From positions 558,001-622,000 of the forward strand of contig CM030337.1 in assembly GCA_017654855.1 (NCBI GenBank): a stretch of DNA of 64,000 nt, in the 5' to 3' direction. The position numbers and the translations under genes were made by a program. Origin of the DNA: Podospora anserina. Lineage: Eukaryota. Below are positions 35,326 to 49,238 of the stretch, one piece after another (within the stretch, counting starts at the first letter, position 1; the number at the start of each line of letters is the position of its first letter). The notes below the pieces were generated by a model, which made no database searches, had not been told where the DNA came from, and was given only the letters and a program-made list of their open reading frames with translations.

Positions 35326-38300
35326 TCACTCGTCATCGACAATGATCTTCTTGGCAGTTTCGGTGCTGCCAATACTGGCGTTGGTGTCTCTCCGGCGGGT
35401 GGTTACGATTAACCGGCCCACCGACTGATTCTCCCGAGGCGGGTGGCGCTTCTTCGATTTGGCCATGACTAGTCCCTCATCACTGTCACTGTCATCATCG
35501 TGATCGTGGTCAGCGTGGTGATTCCGTGAAACTTGACGGCCTCGGCTGGTCTCCATGGCGCTGGCTGGACGGGCTCTCTCGTCTAGTCTGAGGTTAACGA
35601 TATCCTTCCGGGTTTGGTCCTCGAGAGGGAATCCCAAGGCTGGCTCTTTCGAAAAGGCTGGCGGTGTGATTGTGTCGGTTGTGTCAATCACCGTGTGTCC
35701 ACCAACAACCCCGGGGGTGCCGAGGAATTCGCCTTCCAGGTCGGCCGAAACAGAGCTGGTGCTGCTAAGAAGAGCCGGCAAGGAAGGATCCGACTGGAAG
35801 GCAAGCATGTGCTCTGTAACATCCTTGGCAGGCTGCGAGTTGATTCCATAGACTGGGCTCGCCGCCTCGCTGGGGCTTGTGAGAGGTGTCGTCAAGGCGC
35901 CAATCGAAGCCAAACTAGATGATTTCATAGTCACCACGGTCTCTCCTCGCGAAAGGGGCTCGGGGTGAAACACATCGTCCTCGGGCGATGGAGGACAAGG
36001 GATGAGGGCGGGGTCGACTTCGGCTATGGGAGGAGTAGGCTGGCGCAACGGGAACTGTGTCCTTGGAGACGGCTCCAACAGGGAAACCCGTCGCTGGCGT
36101 TGCTGCGGTGTCTTTACCTCGGGCAGGTCTTCCACACGGTGGGCCGTCTGCGGCCTCTCGTCAAGCTCTACGGCGCACCGCTGTCTCTGAATGTTTGGGT
36201 CCGACTTTGGCTGGGGATAGTGATAGCCTCCCAGCGCGCTCAGAATGGGAGACTGAGCAACACGTTCCCGGTCCAGGTCTCTGGCAACCTCAACCGAGCG
36301 GGAGGGGAGCGGCTTCTGTGTGAAAGTCGTGTTTCCTGGGGCCATAGCCGTGCTCAACGAGACCTTTGGTTCGGCGCGCTTATCGGTGCTAGCGAAAAGC
36401 CCCCGATCCACAGATCTTGCCCGGCCCAGATCGTCGGTAATGGGACGGATGTCCCGGGCTTTGCGCAAGGCGCTGCTGGGATCCTCGGTCGCAGGATCAA
36501 ACAAGGGGGTTGGCGGCATTGTCCGTATCTCACCGGGCCCGGGAGTAAGGCTGAGGAAGGCGTTGTTGACAGATCGAGAGGGACCATGACGAGGTAGTGA
36601 TCTGTAAGGTGAGGCCGAGGCCGACGCAAGCCACCGTTCATTGCGAGCACTGAGATTATTAGTCACGAGCTCGAGTACCTGGCGGGGCGTAGGTTCGCGA
36701 TGCGGCTCCGTGGGGGGGCTGTTAAGCGGACTGGCCACCACGCTTTGCGTTAAGGGGTGCTCGCTCTGGGGCTGAGTCTGTGGCGTCGAGTTGGTGAAAT
36801 AATCATCTGGACGAATGCTTTTGCGACGTCCTTCTCGCAGATGGGGTGTGATTGGGCTGTCGCCCGCAGAGCTTGCGGCGCTGCTCGTAGCCCGCCTGCG
36901 TGAAGAGACGCTCTCCGCTCGGTCTTGACGATGCATCACCTTTCCGACAGCCCTCTTGACAGCCGATCTGGCGCGCTCGAGCAACGTCAGGGGAACCACG
37001 GCACGAGCTACTTCCTTCTCGTCAACCTGAATTTTGCGTCCAGATGTGCGTCGAGACGGATCGGTATCATCGAGCCACGCCAGGATATTGGGAATGCCGT
37101 GAAGCACCCATGGATGCCGTTTCACATCACGAAGGCGAATTCTCTTCTCGGGATTCTTGGTGAGCATCTTCCTAAGCAAGTCGATAAGCTCCCGATCCAC
37201 CTCCTCATATTGAAGTACATCGTCATCGCGGTATGGCGGTCTGTTGATTCTCGTATATAGCGATCTCTCATCGGGCTTGGTAGCTGGGTCAACTGGGGCG
37301 AGTCGCCGAGCGGGAATGTAGACCTCTTCCGTGGCAATCTTTCGGAACATTTGCCATTCGTCTTCGGCCAGGAATGGAATGCGAGCATAGATAAGGCAGT
37401 AGAGTGTGACACCCAGTGACCACACATCAATCTGCTCCGTCACCTTGGGCTGCGGAGCTCCCGGCTTGTCGTCATACGCATCTGTGTAGCAAAGCTCGGG
37501 CGCAAAGAAGGCGGGTGTGCCCACCGTCTTGGCAAGCTCGAGGTCGTCGTCAAAATCGTGGGCTTCGGACTCGGATACCGCATCGTCTGGTTCACCATCG
37601 CGGACAGGTCGGCCAAAGTATGAAACGCCGAAGTCGGAAATCTTGACACGGTGGTCCTTGGTCCACAGCAGATTCGCCGGCTTGATGTCTCGGTGCACGA
37701 CACCCTCGTAGTGAAGATACTCCAAGCCTAGAACGGTGTCGCGGAAGGTGTTTCTCGCTTGCTCAATGGTGAAGCACGGTACGTAGGAATAATCGTCCAC
37801 GTAGGGATCATGTACTCTGTTATAGTCAATCGAAGACATGTGCGAAATGATGGAATCGGCCATGCTCGGTGATCGCCCACGGAAGGCTGGATCGTCTGGA
37901 TAGGCGCCATACATGGTCCCGTCGAGTGCCGTTGCTGACATGGGGTTGGAGCGGATCGCCCCCGGTGTCTCGAGATCGTCCTCGTTGCAAATCATCGACG
38001 CCGTTTCCAAGTCGAAGGGCTCGGGGGTTCCGGTGCGAGATGCTACGTTCAGACTAGCGAGTCTAGTTCCCGAAGGAGCTCGAGACGTCAATTTTGATCC
38101 ACCAAAGGAGTCAGGGCTTGATGGCACGTGGCCAGCATAGCCTTCTGGCATGTCCTTGCCGAGTGATTGTGGGAAATATTCCATGTCGTCTTCGTCAACA
38201 CCATACTCGAGGCTCCAGTAATCGGCTGGGTTGGCTTGTGATCGAGAGTGCTGTCTCGCCCGCTTCGCATTCTTCAACGCCTGACGTTGTTCCAAGATGT

Positions 38301-39127
38301 GTTCGTAATGCTCCTCCTCAGGCGTGGGTTTCTCGCCGCGCTGCTCTCGCTCGACGCGCCGGCGCTCGAATGCGCAGATATGCGGTAGACCCTTCTTCCT
38401 CCATACGACCTCGCCGAGTTCGACGTGCTCCAAGACCATGTAAATCTTCTTCAGTACGGGATCGTCAATGATTTCGAGCAGGGCGACAACATTCGGGTGC
38501 CGAATCTTTTTGAGGATGGCGATTTCCTTCTTGCTCTTGTCCTGAGTCGACATGGCGGTGACCTTTCCTAGCCGCCTCTTCTTGGAAAAGCGTGGGATGA
38601 TCTTGATGGCGACATAGTCCTGTGTCTCGATGTTCCTCGCCAGCTTGACCTTGCCGTGCATGCCACGGCCAAGCTCCTCAATGATTTCGTAGTTGTTGAC
38701 ATACTTTCGGCCCGTTGTTTCATCGTGTTCGACATTCGCCTTGTGGGTTCTAGAAGTGGATTGGTGTCAGTAGCTTGCCGAGGGTGGTTCGGCAGAAGGG
38801 GAGGGAGTCATTGGAGTGACTCCGGCCCGGCCAGCGAAGCATTACGGAGGAGGATCGGATGACAACTCACTCTCGAACTTTATGGGACTGCAGCGGGTGC
38901 AGATAGGGGCTATTCAGACCGCCCGGTGGTGTGCTCTCGGAGCCGACCTGAGACTGCGGGAGCGACATGTTGGGGCGGGGCTGATTTGGACTGAAGAGTC
39001 CCGGCGACGATACGGGAGTGCTACTGGCAGTCCGGTGTGGGATGTTCGGCGGCAGGGGATGGAATAAGTTGTGAAGTTGGGGATACGACGGGCGGTGATG
39101 GGGACGGTGTGGCTGCTGAGGTTCCAT
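35326..39127 (-). CDS. CaMKK-family Ser/Thr kinase (Sak1/Elm1/Ssp1 type); intron 38750-38870
   Basis: Spliced HKVRETHKA..YEIIEELGRGMHGKVKL; EIAILKK..HPNVV; HRDIKPANLL; DFGVS; TVGTPAFFAPE; long disordered tail. Confidence 0.93.
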
Positions 39128-42100
39128 GGCGGGAAACTGGCTGGACGTCACTCTTCGGGGGAACCTTCATGCTGAACAGCGGTGTCAGACGGGACGAGTG
39201 GATCGCTATGGCGGCGGACGGGCAATTGGCTTTTGCAATTAAGCAGCCATGGTGGGTGGCAGGGAACGGGGCGACGGACGGGGGGAACGGGGGGATGGGT
39301 GGAGGGAGCGGGCAGTGGCCAAAGCCTAAAATGACAAGAACAACAAACAAGAAGAAGAGTTGAAGAATTGAGGTCGTCGACCGGTGCGAACTGGGGGAGC
39401 GAGTAACGAAGAGGCGGGATGGAGGACCGAGGATGGAGAGATGGATGCGGTGGTGAAAGAAAAGGTGGGTAGGGTGGGCTGGGTGGTGTCGCACGGTGGG
39501 GAGAGGCAAAACGCAGAGCGCACCTTGCACCACACAGAATTTGGCGGGCGGGCGCTGGGTCGGCACAGGCAGAGCAGGGGAGAGTGGCAGGGGATGGTTA
39601 TGCTGCACAGTGCATCCGCCTACTTTTGGACACCGTCTGCAGCGCTGCGGCGTCGGCCAGCCTTGAAGTCTTTGGACAAGAAGTCTCCAAGTCTCCGGGC
39701 CTCGCTCCCCTCAGTCGGATGGTGGATGATGTAGGTAGTCCCTTGGTAGTAGAAAGGAACTTGCGGCTCGTCCCAACAAAAGCTCAAGTCTGCTTCTCCA
39801 ACACGCGATTCCGCCCAGAGTCGGTCGACCGTCATCCAATGTTGGAGGACGCCGATGGGGAGTCAAAGAGAGGCAGGTTATCGGATTCCTGCACCGACAT
39901 CTCGCCGATCGACGGCACAGAGGAGTGACTGAAGCCGGGAAGCGAGAAGCGTGGTTCCAGGTTGCCGCAAAGCGGAGCACTGATGGATGAAGTGTGTGTA
40001 AAGGGGGAAAGACTTCACGGAGCAACACGCGGGCCAAAGCACAGCATTTTGTATGTTCTCCTGAGTGTAACTACGACGATCTGATAACAGACTAAAGTGA
40101 TCACCGACCCCTTGTGAGACAGACACTCACACACTGACTGACTGACGGGACTGTGAGTTGGAGAGAGTGACACTGGTGAGAAGAGAAGAAGCATCTGTGG
40201 TCCGACTCAACGCCTCGTGCAGGGGGCTGGTGGGCTGCTATTGGGCAAGATCTTGACGTAGCAGCCAAATCGCCAAGCCTGCAATGGTGGAGTCGTTCAA
40301 GACAATCGTGGCAGCAAAAAGAGGGGCCTCTTATCGCAGTTGTCTGCCCGATGATTGGTGGGACCTGCTCCTAAGACAGGGAAAAGCAAAACGTTGTTGC
40401 TTTCTGAGGCCATCGTTGCACGGCTTTCTTCTTTTCCTGATGCCGGACGGCTCTGTCCGCTCTGGGACTGGGACTGGGGGACTGGGGCATCGACAAGGCA
40501 GGGCAGGGACGGGGATGGGTGGTCGAGCAGGAAATGTGCCCCTGATTGATTCTCTTGGATGTAGATATCGCTGACTGCACAATACGTGGCCCTCTACGGA
40601 GCGTTCGGGGTAGGTTGGGTGAGTACCTCTCGTCGCCAGTGGCGACTATGACAGCGCGATAGTGTCAGTTCGAGCACATTCATCACTTGTTCAGTCCAGG
40701 CGTCACTTCATTTTTTGGACGTGTGGCCCATGCTGCGGCATCATCCAAGAGGGCGGGGTTGTTCTTGTCTGACATGGTAGAAAAACTTTATATTTTCAAT
40801 GACGCTGGCACTTGATAATCCCGAAGCGCGAATATTCTCTCGAAAACACAATGCCACTCTAATCTACCTATCAGAAGCATTGGCTCCCAGGTACCATTGA
40901 CTCAGGAGTAAATCCACCCGAGTGCTGCACAGTAGGAACACTCGCGTTGATGAGTGCCGGCCATTGTGGATTAGAGTTTAGACTACATTATTGTAAAATT
41001 ATAGCTCACGAACCCATGTGTAAGTGTGAGTGCCTCCCGACCTCCGACTTTGCACTCCCACTCTCTCTTTCTCTCTCCCGCCGTCTCTTTTCTCTTCTGA
41101 ACGTCTGGCCTTCTTGTGGTACGTTATAAGTGTAGCCAACTTCGGATTGCCTAAAGCGGCGTGAGGAGCGGAACTGCAGCTTCTCTCGTGTCTCACCCTT
41201 GCCGCTTCTCCAAATTCCGACGGACGGGCCTTGTCTTGTCTTTGTCTTGTTTCTCTACTAGTCTGTCTGCAGCTTCAGGCCCTTCTCTCTGAATGAAATT
41301 GGCGACGATGCGATGCCACCCAAATTCTCTTCACTATCGTCATCTCGCCTAGGCAGGGAAAAGGACTGCTGCTTCCAGGCTAAGAACGTGCTACCATGAC
41401 GCTTCTCGGATGGCCAACTCAGGAAAGGATGAAAAAAGTGAAGCAGTCCTGGTGCAGGTCCAGACCCGGCTGCGTCTCTGGGCATCTGCTGCAGAGCTGA
41501 GTGGCTGGAATCTCCCCGGCGGTTGCTCTGTTGCTGCCCAAGGACACCACGCCTAGCTTCTTTCTGTTCTCTCTCACAACCCCCGCATATGTCAAGCTTA
41601 CCTCTAGAAAGTCCAGTCCAGCCAGGCTGACCATGTGATCCGGAGCACAGATTCATCAACGCAATCCTCGTCAACGAGGGCAGCATGCCGCGAAAATCCG
41701 ACGGCGTGGTCCAGGGTGAAAGCCATCCGTCGAGACATCATGCCCTCTGGGCCTATCAGCGGCCCTATCTGGGGGTGACGAGAGCGGCGTCAGGGAAACG
41801 CACAACCGTGCACGCCATCACCATCCCTTGCGGCCAGGTGGATCGCCGCTTTACCCCGGAATTGCCCTTCTGGCCCCATCATCGCCAAGAACCAACGCTA
41901 GACAGAGGCCGTTCAAGGTTGCACAAGCTTCACAGGCCTCACATCCTTGGTCTCCCAACAACCTGCTCAGTAAAGACATCAGCTCAACGGCAGGTCATGA
42001 AGTTGTGGTAGGCATCTCTTATCGATGTTGCGAACCACCTCAGCAGCGCTCGGCGCCTTGCTCTCGCATCAGATCATACTAATGATGGTGTTCAGGACAT

Positions 42101-44161
42101 CTCTGGCCCCTTTGAAGTCCAGCCAGGCTGGCCAATCATGGCACTGGCTGACATGCATAGAAACACTGAGTGTGGTCTCACAGGCCAAGCGTTGACATAA
42201 AAAAAAAAGTGACAGGTCGATTCTGGTGTTCCGACTTTCTCCTTGACGACGGACGAACGCCGGGACCACGAGTTCCGCCTCGTTCTAGCAAGCCTTCGAG
42301 TGAAACGGGTACAAACATTTCACCAACATGGAGCCCGTCATATTCCCGGTCCCCAAGGGCCCTTTTCCTCGTTATACCAGGTCCTTCAGCAATCTTGGGC
42401 CGTGTTTTGCCTTGAATGTCCCAAGACGGATACCTGCTTAGCCGCCACTGGATGCCCGGCAGGCGAGCGGTTCAAGAAATATTGGCCGTGCATTTTTCCT
42501 GCCCTTCAGCTGGGCTCTCAACTTGGCCTTCAAAGTTGATGGCCATCAGTTAAAAAAAGCCGCCAATATGGCCTGACTTTCTTTGCAACACACCACCAGG
42601 AGTAACGCCGATTTGATGGTGGCACTGGGAGGATCTTGGCTTTGAGCCGTTTCCCAAACAAGAACTCCGTCACGTCCATCCATCAAGTGATTGGTGATTT
42701 GCGTCGTCTGCCCCATAGCGATGTAACCCCCCGAAGCAGTCGCCTGTGCGCACCAAGACAGATTCCAAGGCGATAACCCATCGCCAGTTTGATCTCCAAA
42801 CCTTGATTGGTTTGTCTGTCTGAAGTCCAATATCAACCGTCGAAGAATGGCATGGCATCATCCTCATCCAAGTGATGAGTTGAGGTGGTGTCTGATGCGG
42901 AGGGTTGCAAATACCTGCCTTCTGCACGTCATCCGCAAATTGCGATATCTTGCTCCACTGCGCCACGGGCTTGCATGGGCAGAATCTCATGTGCAAGACG
43001 CCGTGATGGTATTCACGCTTGAGAGGCCAAATAAACTTCACACCATCATCTCAACGGTTGTGACCGACTCAGACAAGCATGTGATGGACTCAGGGGCCGC
43101 CGCGAGGCTCGCATTGACCACCGGTTCTTTTCGTATCTTATCACACTGATGTCTCGGTGAGACAGTTACCATCGGCGATATTTTTCTGCGGCATCACCTA
43201 CGAAGGGAACCCGGTTCTATCACAGCAAAAAATATCACAGACAAAAGAACGCTTTCTGGCAGGTCTTTGGGGACGGTCCTTCGCTTCTCATTCCTTCGCT
43301 CCTTCCAGCACCGAGGAGCTGGGAAGGCGGGAAGGAAGCCACAGCTTTTCCTATTCAGGTTGTCCTGTTTTATTCCTTACGTTTTCGATGGTTCTTTGGG
43401 ACTTTGGTTCGTCACAGCAGCAGGATCTCTAGCGTGGAATGCAGGTGAGTGGTCGTCTGGTCGGGATTCTCATTTCCCGCGTTTACCATTGACGGAGGTT
43501 CCTTGGATTGACCTATTGACTTTCTCTGATATATCATGACGCTATCCCGGACGTGGTGTTGGGGTGCTGTATCGTACCGTTCTACAAGGGCGCAGGTTAA
43601 GAGAAACAATCTATATCTAGGGATATTATCGTGATCTTATTGTCTCAGAGTCTAACATCCCAGTGGGTTGTTTCCTTAGCACTGGTGCTATTATCTACCC
43701 ATCATGGTCCGATCCAGAGTCATAGCCTTTAGTAGCTCACCTCTGAACCATGGACCGTGCCCCAGACTAGAGGAGCACCCTCTTCCGAACTCTTTCACAT
43801 CAAACATCGATCAAAACGTCATCCCGTCAAGCCACGCTATTTTACCAATAGCATGGTATCCTTCATCACAAACATTAGTTCTCCGAAATGCGGGGAAATG
43901 CATTCCTTTGTCCATGTAAATGGTCTGGTGATCGACACAACCCCCTTTCAGGTTTTCTTATGAGAATCTTGGAGACGGTTCCAGCCCGTGCATGGACAGG
44001 TTGTTGTATCTCCGAGTCTTCTCCGGGAAAACGACAAAGTCGATGCAAGGCTACCAACAATTGTTTCCTGCTTGCTTTGACTAAAGACACGGCCGATGAT
44101 AGGGCAGATCGAAAAGATCTTTCACACCCTCAATTGTTGGACTTGGCGGATATTGACAGGA

Positions 44162-44206
44162 TGTGTGTGTGAGTGAGTGAGTGTGTGTGTGTGTGTGCGT
44201 GTGTGT
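44162..44206. repeat. Imperfect (GT)n/(GAGT)n microsatellite
   Basis: Read directly from sequence. Confidence 0.9.
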
Positions 44207-46520
44207 CTTCTCCAATTTCCAGTATCAATAATACGAATGGTGGTGGTGGTTGGTTCGTTACGAGATATATGTATGCAGGCATCAGAGGATGTGTTCTTGG
44301 CGGAAGTGCGGAGAAATATGTGGTATCCAAGCCCTTCCACACCTATTCTTCAGCCCAGTGTGCGAATATCTCCAAAAGGAGGGGAAACAACACGGCCACT
44401 CTTGCTAGCTACAGGTTTTGTCTCGATACTCGCAAAGTCGAGATTGGGTGGTGGTGGTCAACTTCAACACAGTGCGTGTCAAAGGGGGCTTGGCTGTGTG
44501 TGTGCTGGTGTTTTATGAGCTGATATATTTGTCAAGATGACGATTTTTGCAATTCCTCAAAGTTTTTGTCGGCCAGGATGAAACCCGATATGCCGAGGGG
44601 GATATAAGCAAGGTTATTGGATGAGAGCGTCTGAGACAACGAGTTCTCGGAGGTTACCACACCAAACAAGAGGGTGTAGAGGTAAGGTAGGGGTTGACTA
44701 ACACCTCCTCAGGGGCTGGCTGGCCTCGCGCCCTCGCGTTTATCAAGCAGGGAGCCAGCCAGCCACAGCAGTTATCGCAACCCAAAGTAAGGAGGCGTGG
44801 TGTGCGCAAGAATGTGTACGTAATGGTGGCTTTTGGTATCTGGATGGTATGGCTGCACCCGGATGAACCGGCACTTGTTTGGTGCAAGTGTTGGAGATTG
44901 GATAGACACAGCCACCGTTTTCTTTCTCAGAGACGTGGCGATGGGCGGGCGGGCACTACTGCACCTTGACAGACGACCCATAAACTTGCATAATAGGGGT
45001 TTGCCGCATGACTACCAGACATCACTCAAGTAAGGGTGATAGATTGCTGAAGATGGATGATGGCCGCCGGGTGCACGACATATCGGTGGTAAGCTGTCCG
45101 GAGCCGGACCGGACCTGCCCCCGTGCCCCCCGGGGAGCGTTGCATTTGACTTGCAAGATGGGTCATTCCCTTTCTTGGGTTTGGCTGTTGATGTTTCAGA
45201 GATTATGCTGCGTGATACTGTCGATCGTTTGAGCTGCGCCGCTTCGTCTATCTGACATATCTCCCTATGTTCATCACCGTTGAGAGGAGGGTGCAGATCT
45301 GACATACAGTAGGTAGAGTAGATGGGATTATCTGGTACGGTCTCGCACTCTTGCGACCAACATCAAAAAGGCAAGGGTCATATGCCGTGCAATAACGCCC
45401 CTATCCGCCGGATTCTCAACAAAGGGGCCGAGTCCGCGCCGTGAAGCACACATATATCAGATATCCCATCTGACATACATGAGGGGGGAAAAGTGGGAAA
45501 GTGAAAGATTTGCATTCTTGCCACTGGATAGGGGGGTTGTACGGTAAGAGAGTGGAATTGGGGAGGGATATGTTGTGTAATGGACCCTTTATATGGCTAC
45601 CTGACGGATCAAGGGACGGGGAGCGTGACTCCGTACTGCTGGAATCGGAGATAGGAGATGATACAGATGAATAAATGTTGGTGGTGGATTGGATTCTGGT
45701 AGTGTGTAGCAAAGTCGGATTCTCATATGAACAGGATAGGTCAGGTGAGAACTGCCATGCCAGGTGATTTCTGTAAGAAAAATAACAGTCACTTTACCGG
45801 TCAATTTACTTGGTGGGCAATTGGAGATATAAAATGGACTTTCCTGGCGAGTGGAATTGTGTGGGATGAGGTGTTGAATAGAGAATGTGGTGATGCGTGA
45901 TCTTGCTACCTAGCGAGAAGAAATCATGATGAGAATGAGCGATGAGAAAAGAAAGAATCCAGGAGAGGGAAGGAGCCAGCAAGGCAAGAATCCATCTAGG
46001 GAAGGCGTCAGTTGAGGTAGGAACCTGTGGGGCAAAGGCACACGAGGGCAGGAGCAAGGCGAGAGAAGGAGCGATGATGACGATGATAAGACACGGCTAT
46101 ACCCATCAACAATCCAATGTCAGCCGACCTGAAAGTGGTTGAATATGTTTGTGAGGCATAACTAATGATCAGAGTCTCAAGAGATAATGAAGAGACTATC
46201 AGACAACACAAATCTGAGAATAACGAACTCACCTTCCCTAACACTTCACATATATCATGCATCATCAATATCATGCTCATCAGGCTTATACCGTGCATAT
46301 CAGTAAGATGCTTTTCATTACCGATCATCATAACCATCATAGACCCCCCCCTACCAGCCCCAGTCCCGACCCAAATCACCAAAAACTCCTACGTAATGCG
46401 CATACTCGCTCGCTAATGTACCCAACTCCTCAAAGTATCCATACACAACAAATATAATACAAAAACAAAACAAACTTCCAAAATCCCAGCCATATTCATC
46501 TGTTTTTTCGACTCCCCTTC

Positions 46521-49238
46521 CTAATCATCCCCCGTCAAATCAACACACTCAACCTCCTCCTCCTCCTCCTCCACTATCCTCCCCCCAACCCCAACCCCCC
46601 CAATCCTCTCATCATCACTCTCCCCAAACAAGTTATCAGCATCAAAGCTACAAGTCGTTCGCTTACCGCCACGACTGTAACTACCCCTCCCGAGAAAGTT
46701 CCCCGTCTTCACAGTAGTAGTACTCGCCACCACAAGCGACGGAGCAGGAAGCGACGCCGTCGACAGCGCCGGCGGCCTGGAGCGCGGTTTCGGAGAAGAC
46801 ATCAAAACATCATCGTACGCATCCCTGGTATGAGACGGTATCCTCGGTGGAGCGGTAGATTGTCTCAACCCAGCCTTCCCTCCCGACGGCGACTGCGGTG
46901 GTGCTGGTAGCGATGACTTGGGTGCGTTGAGTTTGGAGAGTGACGGGAGCTCATCATCGTCAGAGTCGTCGTCATCGTGGCTATCCTCATCCGATGATAA
47001 AAATTCAATAGGAATTGAATAGGCTGGTTTGCTGTTTGTGACAGCAGCGGTGGTGTTTTTGGTGGTTCTCCCAAAGCTTTTGATGGACTTTTGGGCTGGC
47101 GGCGCTTGCTGTTTGGACTTGGGTTGGTTCTGTGTCGAGGAGACTTTAATCGGTATAGCTGCCCCTCTGCCGCTTTTTGTTCTCTTAAATGGCCTTGTTG
47201 CGCTGATGGTTGGCGGTGTTGCGACAACGTTTGACATTCGAGGTCGAATAGGGGTCCGGGACAGGTCTGGAGATTGTCGCTTTGGCCGGATGGGTGTTGT
47301 TCGGATTGGTGAAGTACGAGGGGACGAGAGCGCCACAGGTGAAGATGAAATGAGAATTGGTTCGTAATTGGAAGACGACGGTGGTTGGGGCCTTGATTGT
47401 GAGGAGCTTAAAGTTCTGGTGATCGTAGGGCTGGCTTGAGAACCTGACAACGTCCAGGGGTTGACCTCGGCTGCTGGCTTAGCTGGTTGTTTTTTGGTGG
47501 GTGCTTTTCTGGGTTGTCTGCCTAGGGGCTTTGGGGCTGCTGCTGGTGGCATCGTTGACTGAGGCGGCGCCGCTTGGGTCGAGGGAACGGGGTCATCAGT
47601 AGCGGGCACAGCCTTTTCAACGGCAACGGTAACTGGCTTGCTAACGGTGAAGAACTTCTTGAGCGCCCCGGGTTGCATGCCACCCTTTGCTTTAGCCGGC
47701 TTCTTCGTGGCCGGCTTCTTCGTGGCCGGCTTCGTGGTCTTCTTTCGCTTCTTCGTCTCCCAGTCCTCGACAGTCAAAGGGACGCCGAGTTTCAATAGCG
47801 TTTCGGGGATCCATGCCAAATCTGGGCCTTCGGGGTCGTATGGCTTTTTCGCCGTCTTCTTAAGCCCTTCCTCCTCTTCCCCATCTTCCTCGCCAAACTC
47901 GTCATCGCTGTTCAGCGCTAACCCACCTCGCCCGTGCTCCTCAACCTCTTCTATTGGCTCATTCGCAAGATCGAGCTTGACGATATCATTTGGCACAAAA
48001 CAGACTCTCAGCTCTGGCGTCTCATCCGTGCTATGGTGAGCACGCCTGGACTTGATGCCCGTGATCAGTGCGCCTTCCTCCTCCGCCATAAGATCAGTAT
48101 CATCGCCATAATCCTTGCCTTCTGACGATCGCTGCAGAAGAGATTGGACCAACAGCCCATGTGCGAGTTTGCGAACCAGATTCACAGCCCCTCCTCGATA
48201 CTGCCAGTCGAACGTCTCACCCACAAACTCCCTGAGACCAATGACATCAACTGGAGACGTCATCTTATTAGGGAAATTCGTCTTCAGTTTGTCGACCGTG
48301 GCGTGCGTCGAGACTACCGGATGGGTATAATACCTAAGAATCTCCAAATCCGGAAAGTCCTCGGGAATCGCCAGTCCTTTATGTTTTGTGCGAAAATATC
48401 CGCTCTCGTTGGTGTCCCATTCATGGCGTAACCTTTCTCGCCACGCTTGAAACCCCTCCTTCCAGTCTGCCTTCTTGATGCCGCATAACTGTTTGCCAAA
48501 TCCAGCTCTGGCTGCCTCACAGGCGACTTTTATACCGCATCCTGGCACACCTTCAGGAAGATAGTCCCCGCCACTCATCAGCGCAACCAGGACCATACCC
48601 TCCCGATCCAGTCCACTCTCGCCCTTGGCAATTTCCTCCGCGTCGTAAAGTGTGATGTGTGTCGGTACATTCCCCTTCCCTTCCGCAGTCCAACTTCGAA
48701 GTGTCTTTCCGCAGCCAAACATGATGGTGTCGACATCTTCGCTCAGCACGGCATCCACCACTCCCTCTCGCTGGAGGAACGCGCATTCAGCCTCGGCTTC
48801 GCCTGGCGCATCGTGTATGGCAAACCCAAAGAGTTTGATCATCCTTTTCGCCATGGAGGCGGCTACCATGTGTCCCGCGCCTCGGGGGCCGCCGGCGCGT
48901 TTGTTGCGCTTGAACGCTGGTTTGTTCGGACCATCAAACACAAAGAGTGGTTGAATCGCTAGAGATAGGAGCCGAACAAGTCGGAAAAATAGCGTTCGAA
49001 TGGCGGGGTTGGAGCCGCCGCGGGCAGCTTGGATCTGGAACTGCCATATAGAAATATCGATTGCGAGTCGGAACGGACGTGGGTTTTCGGCTTTCTCGAG
49101 AGTCGTCAAGACGAGCTTGGTCATGGAGATGCGCTCGCCGGGGCCGATTTCTTTGTATATTCTGCCAGGAGCAAATATTAGTACACAAATCTGGACGGGA
49201 AGTTTTGAATCTGTTTGCATGTACCCTTTGATACCCAT
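46521..49238 (-). CDS. YEN1: XPG/Rad2-family Holliday junction resolvase Yen1/GEN1; intron 49162-49224
   Basis: MGIKGIYKEIG (spliced), AIDISIW, FVFDGP.KP.FKR, APGEAEAECA, SEDVD..MFG, GGDY.P.GVPGCG; low-complexity tail ending VECVDLT. Confidence 0.92.
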   Translation of the reverse strand: MGIKGYMQTDSKLPVQICVLIFAPGRIYKEIGPGERISMTKLVLTTLEKAENPRPFRLAIDISIWQFQIQAARGGSNPAIRTLFFRLVRLLSLAIQPLFVFDGPNKPAFKRNKRAGGPRGAGHMVAASMAKRMIKLFGFAIHDAPGEAEAECAFLQREGVVDAVLSEDVDTIMFGCGKTLRSWTAEGKGNVPTHITLYDAEEIAKGESGLDREGMVLVALMSGGDYLPEGVPGCGIKVACEAARAGFGKQLCGIKKADWKEGFQAWRERLRHEWDTNESGYFRTKHKGLAIPEDFPDLEILRYYTHPVVSTHATVDKLKTNFPNKMTSPVDVIGLREFVGETFDWQYRGGAVNLVRKLAHGLLVQSLLQRSSEGKDYGDDTDLMAEEEGALITGIKSRRAHHSTDETPELRVCFVPNDIVKLDLANEPIEEVEEHGRGGLALNSDDEFGEEDGEEEEGLKKTAKKPYDPEGPDLAWIPETLLKLGVPLTVEDWETKKRKKTTKPATKKPATKKPAKAKGGMQPGALKKFFTVSKPVTVAVEKAVPATDDPVPSTQAAPPQSTMPPAAAPKPLGRQPRKAPTKKQPAKPAAEVNPWTLSGSQASPTITRTLSSSQSRPQPPSSSNYEPILISSSPVALSSPRTSPIRTTPIRPKRQSPDLSRTPIRPRMSNVVATPPTISATRPFKRTKSGRGAAIPIKVSSTQNQPKSKQQAPPAQKSIKSFGRTTKNTTAAVTNSKPAYSIPIEFLSSDEDSHDDDDSDDDELPSLSKLNAPKSSLPAPPQSPSGGKAGLRQSTAPPRIPSHTRDAYDDVLMSSPKPRSRPPALSTASLPAPSLVVASTTTVKTGNFLGRGSYSRGGKRTTCSFDADNLFGESDDERIGGVGVGGRIVEEEEEEVECVDLTGDD

